Below, in pieces: positions 23,738 to 36,415 of a stretch of DNA of 64,000 bases. Origin of the DNA: a cyanobacterium endosymbiont of Rhopalodia gibba (lineage in GTDB: Bacteria > Cyanobacteriota > Cyanobacteriia > Cyanobacteriales > Microcystaceae). The notes under the pieces were generated by a model. The model had not been told where the DNA came from. It worked only from the letters and a program-made list of their open reading frames with translations, and made no database searches. The stretch lies in NCBI GenBank assembly GCA_045159875.1, contig CP067995.1, forward strand, positions 2,592,001 to 2,656,000, read 5' to 3'. Positions within the stretch are counted from its first letter, which is position 1. Each line of letters opens with the position of its first letter. Position numbers and translations under genes: made by a program.

Positions 23738-25048
23738 ATGATACAACTCCTTATTCGTCACGCTCGGATTCTCTTGCCTGATGGTCAGTTTCTTTTCGGG
23801 GATGTTTTACTCCGAGACGGAAAGATTTTCAAAGTAGCTTCAGAAATTATTACACCGGAACCCAGCATTTTCATAGACGCAACGGGGCTAACTTTGTTGC
23901 CTGGGGTGATTGATCCTCAAGTCCATTTCCGTGAACCTGGATTAGAACACAAAGAAGACTTTTTTACCGCTACTTGTGCGTGTGCTAAGGGGGGAGTCAC
24001 TTCTTTTCTAGAAATGCCTAACACTTATCCATTAACCATTACTCAAGAAGCTTTAGATGATAAACTACACAGAGCTGCCCAGAAATGTCTGGTCAATTAT
24101 GGTTTTTTTATCGGTGCTACCATCGACAATTTACCTGATTTATTAATAGCTAATCCTACCTGTGGCATTAAAATCTTCATGGGGTCAGCACATGGGAGCT
24201 TATTAGTAAGTCGAGAAGCTGAATTAGAACCAATTTTTGCAAAAGGAACCCGATTGATTGCAGTTCATGCCGAAGATCAAGCTAGAATCATTCAACGTCG
24301 TCAAGAATTTTCTAATATTATTCATCCAGCCATACACTCTCAAATTCAAGATGAAAAAACTGCCTTTAACGCGACAAAATTAGCCCTAAAATTGTCAAAT
24401 AAATATCAACGACGATTGCATATTCTCCATCTTTCTACAGGAATTGAAGCAGAATTATTACGAAATAATAAACCTCATTGGGTAACAGCAGAAGTAACCC
24501 CCCAACATTTATTACTTAATACGGAAGCCTATGACAAAATAGGAACATTAGCTCAAATGAACCCACCCTTGCGGTCACCTGAAAACAATGCTATTCTTTG
24601 GCGGGCTTTGTTAGATGGGATAATTGACTTTATCGCTACCGATCATGCTCCTCATACTCTAGAGGAAAAAGCTAAAGGTTATCCCAATTCTCCTTCAGGT
24701 ATGCCGGGGGTAGAAACATCTTTACCCTTAATGTTAACTCAAACTAAATTAGGACACTGTAGTATTTCTCAAGTGGCTAATTGGATGTCTACTGCCGTTG
24801 CCAAGTCCTATAAAATTCCCAATAAAGGGTTAATTAAACCAGGGTACGATGCTGATTTAGTGCTAGTTGATTTAGAAAATTATGTCCCTGTTAAACGAGA
24901 AAATTTACAAACTAAATGTGGTTGGAGTCCTTTTGAAGGATGGGAGTTAACCGGATGGCCAATAGTAACAATTGTTGGGGGACAAGTAGTTTATGAAAGG
25001 GGAAAACTAAACACTAACGTTCGAGGAAACTCCTTAAAATTTGAATAA
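23738..25048 (+). CDS. pyrC: Dihydroorotase
   Basis: PGVIDPQVHFREPG, EMPNT, EVTPQHL, MNPPLR, ATDHAPH. Start placed at ATG 23738. Confidence 0.93.
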   Translation: MIQLLIRHARILLPDGQFLFGDVLLRDGKIFKVASEIITPEPSIFIDATGLTLLPGVIDPQVHFREPGLEHKEDFFTATCACAKGGVTSFLEMPNTYPLTITQEALDDKLHRAAQKCLVNYGFFIGATIDNLPDLLIANPTCGIKIFMGSAHGSLLVSREAELEPIFAKGTRLIAVHAEDQARIIQRRQEFSNIIHPAIHSQIQDEKTAFNATKLALKLSNKYQRRLHILHLSTGIEAELLRNNKPHWVTAEVTPQHLLLNTEAYDKIGTLAQMNPPLRSPENNAILWRALLDGIIDFIATDHAPHTLEEKAKGYPNSPSGMPGVETSLPLMLTQTKLGHCSISQVANWMSTAVAKSYKIPNKGLIKPGYDADLVLVDLENYVPVKRENLQTKCGWSPFEGWELTGWPIVTIVGGQVVYERGKLNTNVRGNSLKFE

Positions 25049-25138
25049 TTGATAATTAACTAGTTTTTCTCTTCATAGTAAGAACAATTAAAAATTATTA
25101 GCTTTTATTTTTTTTAGCTCAGTTATTTTTCCTACTCT

Positions 25139-26455
25139 TCAATTAGGAGAATTTTTCTTATACCTTGCGATCGCTGCTTTTTTGAAGAATTCAATATACT
25201 GTTTGTATCCCTCAGGAAATACAATATTTAAGGTCAGTGGATCATCTTTGTCTCGGTGATCTCCCGGTCCTCTAATAACGCGTAATTCTTCTAGCAAATC
25301 TTTATTTTTAGGGTCGACAAACTTTTCTAGTTTTAGAGGGTTACGATTTTTAACTTCCCCACTACTACTATCAATATAAACGGTAATATTTCCTGACTTA
25401 AATTCTTTGCCAATCTCTTGAATAAGCTGTAAAAATCCGCGGTCACTCCCCCCCCGTTGAAAGCTCAATTGACCATTTATTTCTTTAGCTTTGCTAGTAA
25501 CGGTATCCCCTACTCCTATGATAGTTGGCATTTGTATTGGATCAAAATTATCTTTAATTAATTTCAGTATTTTTTGATGATCTTCAGGAGATTGTCTCAC
25601 GTTAAAACTTTCTCCTAATGGATACTTTCCCGTTTTATTGTAAAAGTAACGATTGAGGATAACCAGGACCCCAACTTCTTTAATTGCCCCCCGCAACATA
25701 AATTGAAAGTCTGTTGTTCCGGAGTCTTTCCCCTCAGCTATTTGCATGATTTCTCGTCCTTGAACATCTTTCCCTAAGTTGGGGGCATAATGAATAAAAA
25801 AGGAATTATTCAATCCTTGATTTTTAGCTTGTTCTTCCAAATTATCCATTAAAATTTTCATTGCCTGCTGTAATTGACAATAGCTATCTTCTTGATGCTG
25901 TAAGTATTCATGAAATATGTTTAAATTTACGGTTGGGGATACTTTATTGTCTAGGACAGTTAATTGAATTCCTTGTTTTATTTGACTTTCTTCCAATCCA
26001 TAATTATTTTGCTTAAAAAATTCGATTAACGCTTTTTCAATCTTCTGAGGAACTTGTTGTAAAAAGGTTAATTCTTCTTCACTAACTCCAGGATGAGAAA
26101 CATTCCCATGACAATCTTGCCATTGGACTCCACCACCCGCTAAACCTGGTAGATAAAAACCTCTATTTTGGACTAAATTGATATTCTTTAAGGTACGTTC
26201 AATAATTGCATTAACCCCTCGTTTGCCAATATGTTCCCCATTAGTTAGGACAAAAAAATGTCCTTTAAATAATTTAGTAGCTTCCAAATAACTTTTATCA
26301 ATTATCCTTGTTAAAGGATCTTTGACTAACTTCATACAAACACCATCAAGATCTTGAATAATTAAAATATTTTGCTGGTTAGAGATTAAATTGATAAGGT
26401 CCTGATGATCAAGAGATAAAGAACGTTGATGTAAGGGAGTATGGGTAGCAGACAT
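25139..26455 (-). CDS. stpA: Glucosylglycerol-3-phosphate phosphatase (StpA/GgpP)
   Basis: IIQDLDGVCMKLVKDPLTR, LTNGEH, GTTDFQFML, GVGDTVTS, GGSDRGFL. Confidence 0.94.
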   Translation of the reverse strand: MSATHTPLHQRSLSLDHQDLINLISNQQNILIIQDLDGVCMKLVKDPLTRIIDKSYLEATKLFKGHFFVLTNGEHIGKRGVNAIIERTLKNINLVQNRGFYLPGLAGGGVQWQDCHGNVSHPGVSEEELTFLQQVPQKIEKALIEFFKQNNYGLEESQIKQGIQLTVLDNKVSPTVNLNIFHEYLQHQEDSYCQLQQAMKILMDNLEEQAKNQGLNNSFFIHYAPNLGKDVQGREIMQIAEGKDSGTTDFQFMLRGAIKEVGVLVILNRYFYNKTGKYPLGESFNVRQSPEDHQKILKLIKDNFDPIQMPTIIGVGDTVTSKAKEINGQLSFQRGGSDRGFLQLIQEIGKEFKSGNITVYIDSSSGEVKNRNPLKLEKFVDPKNKDLLEELRVIRGPGDHRDKDDPLTLNIVFPEGYKQYIEFFKKAAIARYKKNSPN

Positions 26456-27099
26456 TGTAATTAATAATTAAAAATACTAAAACCAAAAGTTGGGGCAAAA
26501 CCCTAATTGGCAATTTAATAATACATAGTTTGAATTTAACATAGTCATTCTCACTATGCAATTTTTATTAACTTCAGCTACTTTGAAAAAACAACACTAA
26601 TTTTTAACTTTAAACTTCATCAGAGATTAATTACCTTGATTTTTAAGATTTTTGTCATAGGTTAAAGGAAAGATATGCTATATTCCTCATTACTTATAAT
26701 AAAAGGTGATTTTTTTTGATTAACGAATATTTATTTTAATTTTTATTTAAAAATATGTTTATTTCTAATACGAACAACATAAAAAAATATAGTATTTGTG
26801 ACTCCACTCTGTTAATTTTTGGCTTCTAATGCCACTTTTTGCAAAAAACTAATTTAACAGAGTGCTATCCAAATCAATTCTTTGAGAGATCGCTATATTA
26901 ACTACATCAGTCTTGGTATCATAAGTTAGTAATTTTACTAAAAAAATAAAACATAAATATGTAGAGAAATATTTGAGTTTCATTTTTTTTATTTATTATA
27001 TTACAAGCCCTTTGTAAAAATTTGAAAAAACTATTTTTCTGATTAGAAATAGATTTTGTAAACTAACACTAAAAATAGTCAATAAATCTCGTAGAAACT

Positions 27100-29330
27100 A
27101 ATCTCGCTGCAACCGTTGAATAAAAATGTAATTTTAAGCTACCGATTACAGTAGTTTTCTCAGAAAATACCACTCTATTTTTAGATCAACTATCTTAGCA
27201 AGAAGAAAACAATTGCCAGCCTTTCTAAAATTGAGGTTAAGACGATGCTAAAGAGTATAGTATCTAGGGTGTAAAAAATATTTTCTAAAATTAATAAAAT
27301 TTAGTTTATTGAAAGTAAAAAATATATCCAGGAAGAATTGTTTCATACTTTGAATACTTTACATGAAGGAGAAAAACGTCTGGTCTTAACTCCGGAGCGG
27401 CTCCTAAACGCATTCATCTTCTACCAAATAATATATCATTTTCCTATAAAATTAATTACAGATATTCAAATTACAGATATTCAAATTCCTAATCTGGAAA
27501 CTCACATAGCTATTCTACAAAAAAGCTCAATATGACAATGTATGTCTTCCTAGAAATGTAATTAGATATATTTCCATCAACTACATGTCTAAATTTTCGA
27601 GGGTACTTTAATTTAGGCGATCACCTATGTCTCTATTTCTGGACTATCGATAACAGTAGAAAATATTGCCCCTTGTTAAATCCTCCCATAGAAAAGGCTC
27701 TTGCTTTTCCAGAAATTATTCTGCGTACAGTAGCCGATAAACAGTATCAGTGGAAGTTTTAAAAGAAAGTTCTAGACTATGAAAAATAAGTCCAGCTCGA
27801 TAGCTAGAGATGTATTTAGTGCGTCAGTCAGCACATAGAGTTAAGTTTGCTCCAAATTGACAAAGAGATTATACAACGGTGTTATGTGATTGTGACATAA
27901 TTTCTAAATTATAGCCAAAAGACTGGGAACTTAGTCAAATCCTATCGGAGTTAAGTAATCGCATTAATATGGTTAGTTAGGTTCAATTCTGATTGTTTCT
28001 TTTTTAAATTCAATTTAGAGCCTGAGTGGTTGGACATAAGTAAACGGCACTATATTAATCTGTATTGTAGCTCTAAAAATAATTGCGATAAACAAAGGCT
28101 AAAGTATGTCAACACAGTTAGCTATAAAAACTATAATTGACTAATGTCGTTTTTACGTTTGAAGTCTTTTTAAAGTTGGAGGAAGAGAAAAGTTTATTTA
28201 GTTTAAGCGAAGTCTAAAAAACGTTTTTAATAAAAATTAAAAAATAGAGCTAGTACCACTATATTGTCAGCAATAAAATAGAGAGCAGAAAAGATAATTT
28301 ATTGTTAAAAATATAATTATTTGATAGTTTACATAACAATTTACGGATGAAATAAACTTGAATTAATAGGATTATGGAATGCTCCGCGAAGCTGTAGAAG
28401 AAGCTTGTTTACAATATCTAGATAAATCAAACTTTAATCTTTAGTCAGCCATTACTTATATTTGACTTATTTCTCAAAATTAAGAATGAATTACAAAGAA
28501 AAAAAGAAGATGAATTGGACAGTAAAATATTGGAATATTAATGAGATAGCAATTTCGATTTAGATAGATTAAGGAAAAAGTAACTAAAAAATATTAGTTA
28601 CGCAAAAAAATAAAGCTACACTCAATAGATATTTTTACAAGAAGTATAGAACTACTTTTTCATGAGATAAGATAGCTTACTTGCATAAAAAATAGATATC
28701 ATAGTCAGTATTTCTGGTATGTGTTGTTTAGTTTTAAAAATTAAGTTAACCTAAAAAAAATATTTTATGCCTTTGTACCCTATACAGATCAAGTTCAAAC
28801 TTAAAAAAAGAAATATTCGATAATATTTGAATGAATCAAACTTTCAGCCCTAGTTTTTATTGACAGAACTGGAGTTTATCTAGCCATGACTCGTCACTTT
28901 GCCAGAGCAACTAATGAAGGATGGACAAATCAAGAAGCTTTTCTCATTAATAAAACAAAAGTAATGATATTATAATTGTGCCTAAGAGCTTGTGTGGTCA
29001 TAGATTTTACTGGCTCATAAAGCCACAAAAGTTAAATAAGTAATGGAATCCATAAAAAAAGTTAGTTAAAAATAAAAAAATATTTGTGAATTTAAGAATA
29101 TATAAATTTTATAAATTTCAATAAAGCTATTAATAAAGTAATTAATTTAGTAACACGATAAAGACATAATTGCTTGGTTTTCCCACTTATATTAGAGTAA
29201 ACTACTCAATTGAAACTCACTATAGATGAGCTTGCAGTGATAGAAGCTATTGAAATTATGCTCAGTACATAATAATTTAGAGGTAGATATATTTTCTATC
29301 AAGAATTGTAAGCTAGAGGAATTTGATTGA
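27100..29330 (+). pseudogene. Large heavily decayed gene or genes of unknown family, containing repeat copy B
   Basis: Protein-like fragments (PKRIHLLPNNISF, LLNPPIEKALAFPEIILRTVADKQYQWKF, GMLREAVEEACLQYLDK, LTIDELAVIEAIE) with many stops. Boundaries approximate. Confidence 0.5.
28030..28460 (+). repeat. Decayed dispersed repeat/paralog, copy B (homologous to 15001-15420 on the minus strand)
   Basis: Collinear similarity over ~400 bp, e.g. 'attaaaaaatagagctagtaccactatattgtcagcaat' vs 'attaaaaagtagagctggtgctattagattgtcagtaat'. Confidence 0.85.
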
Positions 29331-30909
29331 CTTAAAAACATTAAAAAGTCTAAATATCATTAAAATAAGTTAATATTCAGTGTGTAACTTACGTTAACTA
29401 GTATCTATATTAATTTCAATTTTCATTTAAACTTCTTAGATGAAGAAGATCTCTTATTTTTTCCGTATAAATTTATAGTTGATCTATTTTTTAAACAGTT
29501 CTTTATAGAGTATTATTCATTTATTTTTTTTTTAAAAGTAAGTACTGGTAGGATTAAAATTTTAAAATAAAAAAAATAGATAATTTTTTATTTTAAAAAA
29601 ATGAAAAAGTTCAAGTATTGAATATTTTTTAATAAAAAAATATTCAATTTTATATCGTATATAACCAAAATAATTAAGACTAATTAGAAAAATTATATTT
29701 CTTAAATTTAAAACAACTTATTTGGGTATTGAATAATACTATTGCTTTAAGAAGCAATTATGTAGAATAAGTAAATTTCTACTCAAAAGAGCTAAGAAAA
29801 TTTTAACTCACTTGTTTAGTGCTTTAGGAGTTTTCATAAAGTTATAGTTTATACTGTTTAGATAGTTAATCATAATTTGATTTTAGAATATTTAAACTAA
29901 AATTCAGTTCTCTTGTTTTTTAAAAAATTTAGTCATTATTAAACAATTTTTAGTTAGTCTGATATACCATAATCGTTTTATATATTGTAGGCACGCTATA
30001 TTTTATATAATTTGTCAATGCATAAGTTCTAACTAATATCATCTTCAAACGGGAAAATACCTGTTTACAAAAATTTTTTTTTAACTAAGTTAACTAATTT
30101 AATTTGTTTAAAGTTATTGAGATCTTAAAACTGCCTGTACTTTTTTAAAAATTGGTAGAAAGTACATTTACTATTCCTAAAAGTATCAGTTAATTTAATA
30201 AATTAACAATTAAAAGATACTATATTTACTTTAAACGTTAACTAGATTTTAGATAAAACTTAACTTAATTTCCACTGCTTAGTATTAGAAGTTAATGAGA
30301 AAATAATTTCATATAATGTAGATCAAAATTATCAAATATTATATCAATTCAAACAACTTAGGTTTTATTTATCTTGGGATAATGTGACACATAATAATAC
30401 TCAATTACGATAAAAGACTTAAGATATTAAAAATATTTCAGAAGTTCTTAAGTTTAGTTGTAATGTTGATGTTCAAATGATAGCAGGGAGAGTAGTAACT
30501 CCAGAATAGACTAAATTTTTATAAAAAAATATGATTTAAATTGATGAGCGTAAATAAATAAAAAATCAAGAAGTAGTTAAAAATGAATAATTACTAGGGG
30601 CTAATCTGCTTAAAAATTAAGCTTCTAGAATTAGAAAAGTAAGTAGTATTAAAGTTAACTAGTGAGATGTTCTCTCCAAAACTAAGACAAAAAAATGAAA
30701 ACTAAATAAATGGTAAATTAGGTGAATTTATCAAACAATAAATAAAGAAAATTATGTAGATCTATTCATTCGACCTCTTACGCAACATAAAATAATAAAT
30801 TTATTCTCAAAGAATAAGGCTGGAAAAACAAATATATTTTTCTTAAAACAAGAAATATTAGCACATATCTTTTCCTCAAAAAATATCACTTATCTCTAGA
30901 AAGATAAAA

Positions 30910-32160
30910 TTAGTTTAACTTGAATAGAAATAAAAGTGTTTGTAAAATTCCTACCATAAATCCCAAGATTCCTCCCAGAGTTACAATAGCTTGTAATTCT
31001 TTTTTAACTATTCCTTTAACTGCTATTTCGAGATTTTCAGGAGTTGTAGCATTAACTCTATCAATAATTACTTGATCAATAGATAAAATTGGAATTGTAT
31101 GAGCAACAATTTTTTCTAAATCTTCTTCAAAATATCCTTCTAAAAGGAAGGCTAATTCTTCACTAATTTTTGTTAAAAAACTAGTTAATGTAGTCGAATT
31201 TTGTAATCTATTAATAATCAACATTGCTAATTGATCCCAGTCAATTGTATTGCCAAAACCCTTAATAAATTGTGTGCCCCTGTTTTGAATATAATCCTGT
31301 ACAGTTTCTCTAGTCGTTTTACGTAATTGTCTTACAGTAGAAACTGGTAAATTTTCTAAACAAAGACTTTGTAACCATTGCCGTAGGCGACTACGAAGTT
31401 CTAAAGATAGCATTAATTCCTTAAAACGGGTATTAGCCATTTCTTGTTCTTCTAAACAAAAATTTCGCAACCGTGTTAGGGTATTTTTGAGTCCAAATAA
31501 ATTAGCGACTATCCAATAAGTGCCACTGGTTTTTTCCCGAAATCCTTCATCAATGACTTGAATATTGCGATCACTCAAAAAATCAATTAGAGTTTGCCTT
31601 AAAACATCGGGAGGGAGAAGTGTTTCCAATAACCAGTCAGCAAACTGTCGCGCTTGGGTATCTGTCAAACAAAACTCAAGTAAAACCTGGTCAAAAATTT
31701 GATTAATTTGACATTCTAAGAAATCTTGACGACGAGCAAATGCCTTGAGAAGTCGAGGCAAAGACTCACTAAATAAGTCCCGTAAAATATCGGACAAAAT
31801 TCTAGCCGTTTTTTGTTCTTTATCGTTTTTAATCTGTTTAATAGCTAAGGTTAATAACCAGAAAATAGCAGACTGCACCCGTTCAGTTTTGAGCAAACGT
31901 CGTGCTAACTTTTGCAACTCTTCTGGGGTCAAAAGCGATCCCATAATTGTATCTGAGACCTTTTTAGCGAGACGTTCCTGGTTACGGGGAATCAATCCTG
32001 GAGTGAAGGGAACACGATGCTTACCAATATGAATAGCTCTATAAGGACGAAAAAGCATATTAATGGCTATATCATTTGTAAAATAGCCAATAATCATACC
32101 TGTAACTGGAGGAATGATAATTGTCCAGACTAACGATAAATCTAGGTTAGTGATGATCAA
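30910..32160 (-). CDS. DUF445 family membrane protein
   Basis: [17 protein letters not shown]...[12 protein letters not shown]-terminal [13 protein letters not shown]. Confidence 0.92.
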   Translation of the reverse strand: MIITNLDLSLVWTIIIPPVTGMIIGYFTNDIAINMLFRPYRAIHIGKHRVPFTPGLIPRNQERLAKKVSDTIMGSLLTPEELQKLARRLLKTERVQSAIFWLLTLAIKQIKNDKEQKTARILSDILRDLFSESLPRLLKAFARRQDFLECQINQIFDQVLLEFCLTDTQARQFADWLLETLLPPDVLRQTLIDFLSDRNIQVIDEGFREKTSGTYWIVANLFGLKNTLTRLRNFCLEEQEMANTRFKELMLSLELRSRLRQWLQSLCLENLPVSTVRQLRKTTRETVQDYIQNRGTQFIKGFGNTIDWDQLAMLIINRLQNSTTLTSFLTKISEELAFLLEGYFEEDLEKIVAHTIPILSIDQVIIDRVNATTPENLEIAVKGIVKKELQAIVTLGGILGFMVGILQTLLFLFKLN

Positions 32161-32254
32161 GGGTTATTTGTACTTACTATAAATAAATGCTCCTTATCCC
32201 ATTATGGACAATCGTAATGGTTATTAAAGTGTCGATCAATTGAATTTACTTCGA

Positions 32255-35200
32255 TCATCCTGTATTCCTCATTCCTGCAGCAATTCCATTAATTGTTAAC
32301 AACGCTCCCCGTAGTAATTCCTCCTTGGAATAGCGGAAATGAACTACTCCAGATTCGGCCTGATGAGTATATTGACGCAACCGCTTTAAGAGAGAAACTT
32401 GTAAAAATCCTAGGGGAACAATGGTTCCATTGCGTAACTGAACCGAACGTTGTAGCCCAACATCACCATCGAGTAATTTTTGGTGATTGGTAATAGAGAG
32501 AATAATATCACGAGTTAGGTAATATTCTTGGGATATTTGTTCAAAAACTAGATTAAATCGCTCTATATCTTCAGCTTTAGATAATTCCCTTACATAATGA
32601 TGGGCAATTTGTAAATCTACCTTAGATAGGGTCATTTCAACTTTGGAAACTACCATTTTGAAAAACGGCCATTTGAGGTAAAAATATCGTAATAACTTCA
32701 GATTTTCTTCTTTTTCTCGATCTAGAAAGCTTTGCAGAGCAGTTCCTACCCCATACCAAGCTGGTAAAAGAAAACGACTTTGAGTCCAACTAAACACCCA
32801 AGGAATAGCGCGTAAGCTACTCAAATCCTTTTTACCATTTTTGCGTCGTGCGGGACGAGAACTAATTTGCAATTGGCTAATTTCAGGAATGGGAGTTACT
32901 GACAAGAAGAAATCTAGAAAATCGGGCTGTTCGTAAATTAGCGCGCGATAGGCTTTTCTAGCGGTTTTGGCTAACTCTTCCATAATTCCATTCCAAGGGA
33001 TGATATCATCAAACCCACTTCCTAATAAACTAGACTGAATCACGGCAGTGGTAGCGGTTTCTAGGTTATACAAGGCTAATTCAGGAAGGGAATACTTAGA
33101 AGCTAACACTTCTCCTTGTTCCGTAATTTTAATTCGTCCGTTAATAGTAGAAGTTGGTTGAGCTAAAATTGCCGCATAGGCAGGACCGCCCCCTCGTCCT
33201 ACCGATCCACCCCGTCCATGAAACAATCTTAAATCAATATCATGGGGTTGAGCCACTTTTTGTAGGGCTTTTTGAGCTTTGTGGATTTCCCAATTACTGC
33301 TGAGAAACCCTGAATCTTTGTTACTGTCGGAATACCCCACCATGATCTCTTGTAGGTTAGTCGGTTGTAAGGCCGGAAGGGAGCAAGGGGCAGGATCGTT
33401 CGAGTTGCTAGAAAACTGAAGTTGATCGTATCCCCCTGCCAAAGCTGCACGATACAGGGGTAACTGGAATAAATCTCCCATCACTTTTGGAGCACGTTTT
33501 AAGTCGTCTACCGTTTCAAACAAAGGTACAATGCGAATTGTAGTGGTACTAATAGCTGGATCATAAAGTCCTACTTCTTTTGCTAACAACAGTACTTCTA
33601 GAACATCGCTAACATAATTAGTCATACTGATAACGTAGGTTTGGCAGATTTCTAAGCCAAACTCCTGTTGCAGATAACGCAACATCCGCATAGTTTCGAC
33701 AGTTTCACTGTGCTCGGCTTTTTTGAACTGCATCCCTGTGGGAATTAAGGGACGTCGGGTCCCTAGTTCCTGTATCAACCACCTTACTTTCTCTTCTTCG
33801 GGAAGCTGGTTATATGGTTGGGGCAGAATATCTAAGTATTCGGCAATTTCTTCTATAGCATCAGAATGACGGGAGGAGTCCTGACGAAAGTCTAACTGCG
33901 TTAGAGTAAAGCCAAATATTTCGGCTTGAAAGAGTAAATTGTCTAGTTCTTGACAATTAAGCCCGGTTTCTTTCAGATTTCGTTTAATGAGTTCTAAATC
34001 TTGCCAAAACTCTGTTCCCGAATGATAAATATTCTGTACCGTCAGACTAGAAAGCAATTGCCTTTGTTCTGGGTTTGCCAAACGATCATTGCGGTCGCGG
34101 GTATTTTCTAACCGTTTTTGAATATAAGATAATTTTAAGCGATAGGGTTCGTGCCGGTAACGGATAGCCAATTTTTCATAAATCTCTGGCATGGCCGAGC
34201 GGTCCTGTTCCAGGGCATCGAGCAAGTCTTGAGAAACATTGCTCCAGTGGAGGGAAACACTTAACAGTTCTGTTAAATTCTCAATAGAATGCAAATACTT
34301 CTCCAAGACCAAGTTTCGCTGATAACAGGCCGTCTGCCAAGTTACTTCTGGGGTAACAAAGGGGTTGCCATCACGATCACCCCCAACCCAAGAACCGAAA
34401 CGACAAAAGGTACTACTGGGAGGACGTAACCAGGGAAAAGACGACTTCAAGGCTCGTTGTAATCGTTTAGACAGTTGGGGTAAGGCATCAAATAATACTT
34501 TATCGAAGTAGTGGAGAGCATAGTCCACTTCATCGAGAACACTGGGTTTAAACTGGTGGAGTTCATCGGTACGCCACCAGAGGCGGATTTCTTCTGTGAG
34601 TTGTTCCCTAGCGGTTTGAGCTTCCCAAGAGTTGTTCAGTCCCATCCCTTGAAACGATTCTTCAGCTTGATCCAACTGTTGTAGAATGCCTACAATACGC
34701 TGTTGTTTACGTCGGATCGTGTGGCGAACAATTTCAGTGGGGTGGGCTGTAAAGATTAGGCGAATGTCAAGTTGATCAAACAGCCGTTGAATTTGTTGAG
34801 GCGGAACATTGAGTTGTTTTAATTGAGGGAATAACCAGTGAAAAGTTCCAGCTTTATCAGAAGCAATATCACCTTCAAAGCGTTTTTCTAATAAGTTTAT
34901 CTGTTTGGATGAGCTGTAGATTTCTTTTTCTTGTTTATTTAAAGATTTATTCTCATTTCCGGCACAGGTCGCGCGTCTTATTAACTGTTGCTCTCGTTGT
35001 TCGTAATGTTGCTCAACAATGTTAATTAGTTGAAAATAAAGAGCAAATGCTCTGGCGGCCCGAATCGCTTCATTAAGTTCTAACCGTTCAATAAGTTCGG
35101 TTATCGAGGCTTCAGGGATATTTGTCACTTGTCCCTCAGGAGAACACATCGTCCGAAGTTGTTTAAGTAAATCCACCAATTCCTGACCACATTCAGCTTC

Positions 35201-35320
35201 TAACACTGCCTCCCATAAATCTTCAACAAGTTTGAGACGGTGACGTAAAAATAAGTCGGAAGTCGAAAAAACGTTAATGTCTTCGACCATGAATTGAGAT
35301 GATTCATGCAGCGAATTCAT
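32255..35320 (-). CDS. ppc: Phosphoenolpyruvate carboxylase
   Basis: [46 protein letters not shown]-terminal MRNTG. Confidence 0.98.
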   Translation of the reverse strand: MNSLHESSQFMVEDINVFSTSDLFLRHRLKLVEDLWEAVLEAECGQELVDLLKQLRTMCSPEGQVTNIPEASITELIERLELNEAIRAARAFALYFQLINIVEQHYEQREQQLIRRATCAGNENKSLNKQEKEIYSSSKQINLLEKRFEGDIASDKAGTFHWLFPQLKQLNVPPQQIQRLFDQLDIRLIFTAHPTEIVRHTIRRKQQRIVGILQQLDQAEESFQGMGLNNSWEAQTAREQLTEEIRLWWRTDELHQFKPSVLDEVDYALHYFDKVLFDALPQLSKRLQRALKSSFPWLRPPSSTFCRFGSWVGGDRDGNPFVTPEVTWQTACYQRNLVLEKYLHSIENLTELLSVSLHWSNVSQDLLDALEQDRSAMPEIYEKLAIRYRHEPYRLKLSYIQKRLENTRDRNDRLANPEQRQLLSSLTVQNIYHSGTEFWQDLELIKRNLKETGLNCQELDNLLFQAEIFGFTLTQLDFRQDSSRHSDAIEEIAEYLDILPQPYNQLPEEEKVRWLIQELGTRRPLIPTGMQFKKAEHSETVETMRMLRYLQQEFGLEICQTYVISMTNYVSDVLEVLLLAKEVGLYDPAISTTTIRIVPLFETVDDLKRAPKVMGDLFQLPLYRAALAGGYDQLQFSSNSNDPAPCSLPALQPTNLQEIMVGYSDSNKDSGFLSSNWEIHKAQKALQKVAQPHDIDLRLFHGRGGSVGRGGGPAYAAILAQPTSTINGRIKITEQGEVLASKYSLPELALYNLETATTAVIQSSLLGSGFDDIIPWNGIMEELAKTARKAYRALIYEQPDFLDFFLSVTPIPEISQLQISSRPARRKNGKKDLSSLRAIPWVFSWTQSRFLLPAWYGVGTALQSFLDREKEENLKLLRYFYLKWPFFKMVVSKVEMTLSKVDLQIAHHYVRELSKAEDIERFNLVFEQISQEYYLTRDIILSITNHQKLLDGDVGLQRSVQLRNGTIVPLGFLQVSLLKRLRQYTHQAESGVVHFRYSKEELLRGALLTINGIAAGMRNTG

Positions 35321-35561
35321 GGGAACCTCAGGGACGTTCTATAAACCTAGTAAGGATGGAAATCTTTAGGAATCGAGAGCAGTATAGAGATCATTTTTTT
35401 TCTTTTAAAAGCCTTTAAGAAGTCAGATAGTTAAACTTACCTTAGTTAGAGTTAAGTGTTTGCTAAATTTTTCTTGAGCCTAGCGATTCCCATCATTCTA
35501 TCGGTTCTGGCCTGGATTAGAAATTAATTTAAACTTTTTTTGGCAAAAATTTAATTTTACT

Positions 35562-35765
35562 TTAAGAAAGTGGGTTGGTTGAACTGCTGTCAGGAAAGTT
35601 GAGGATAGGCAAGCGAGCACCCCGAAATACTTCCTCACTAGCTTCTCCCAACTCTTCCAATACTTGAGTGATTTGGTGGACAATGAGCAAACTACCCAAA
35701 AACGGAGCAGTTGCCAAACTTAAGTAGATAATAATAGGACGGAGGGGCTGATTAACTTGGCTCAC
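35562..35765 (-). CDS. Small conserved cyanobacterial hypothetical protein
   Basis: Hydrophobic N-terminal half plus 'ELGEASEEVFRGARLPILNFP', a motif I recognise from small cyanobacterial proteins. Confidence 0.7.
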   Translation of the reverse strand: MSQVNQPLRPIIIYLSLATAPFLGSLLIVHQITQVLEELGEASEEVFRGARLPILNFPDSSSTNPLS

Positions 35766-36233
35766 AGATCATTACTCCTAATGCTAGATTACTGGTTTTA
35801 TCATATACTCTTCTTTGACAGTCTTAATCGTTTATAATAAACTTTAAGAAGTTTATTATTGTTGATGCTGATCAGGAAAAATTAATTACAAATTACTAAG
35901 ATGCCAGGAATGATTTAATCAGTTAAAATGAACAAAACCATGATAGCAAAAAACAGAATTATTTATTTTAAAAATGTCAATAATAAATTTTGCCTAGCTG
36001 CATAGCAATTGAGATAAAGCTGACCTTGTCCAAACTTTAAATTTAAAGTGGCAACAGCTTCCAATAGTCCATCTTTATAATACCCTCTTAATAGGCTTTT
36101 TAGGATTATTGAGCTACCATTTTTGTTTTTATCTGTTTACTATCATTAAAAGTGATTACACTGTATTTTTTCTATGTTCTATCAAGCTAAACCTCTATCA
36201 AGAAAAAAGAGAAAAATTATATGTTTGTACTTT

Positions 36234-36294
36234 AATGCTAATCTTTATAGAGAACATAATTAACACTATTATGTTCTCTATAAAGATTAGCATT
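36234..36294. repeat. Perfect inverted repeat, 27-bp arms, 7-nt loop
   Basis: aatgctaatctttatagagaacataat-taacact-attatgttctctataaagattagcatt. Confidence 0.97.
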
Positions 36295-36415
36295 TTTAAG
36301 ATTTAAATAGGTGTTTCAACCGTTGTGTTCCAATTGTTACTGGAGCAAATCATGGCATTTATACAACCACAGCTGTCTATCCAAAAATTAACCATTAACT
36401 ATCAATTAAACTTAG

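Noticed and set aside
35850..36400. Pseudogene divergent from dnaX (fragment YKDGLLEAVATLNLKFGQGQLYLN); a similar remnant lies at 48010-48330
   Set aside because: Protein-like but too short to assign a family or boundaries.
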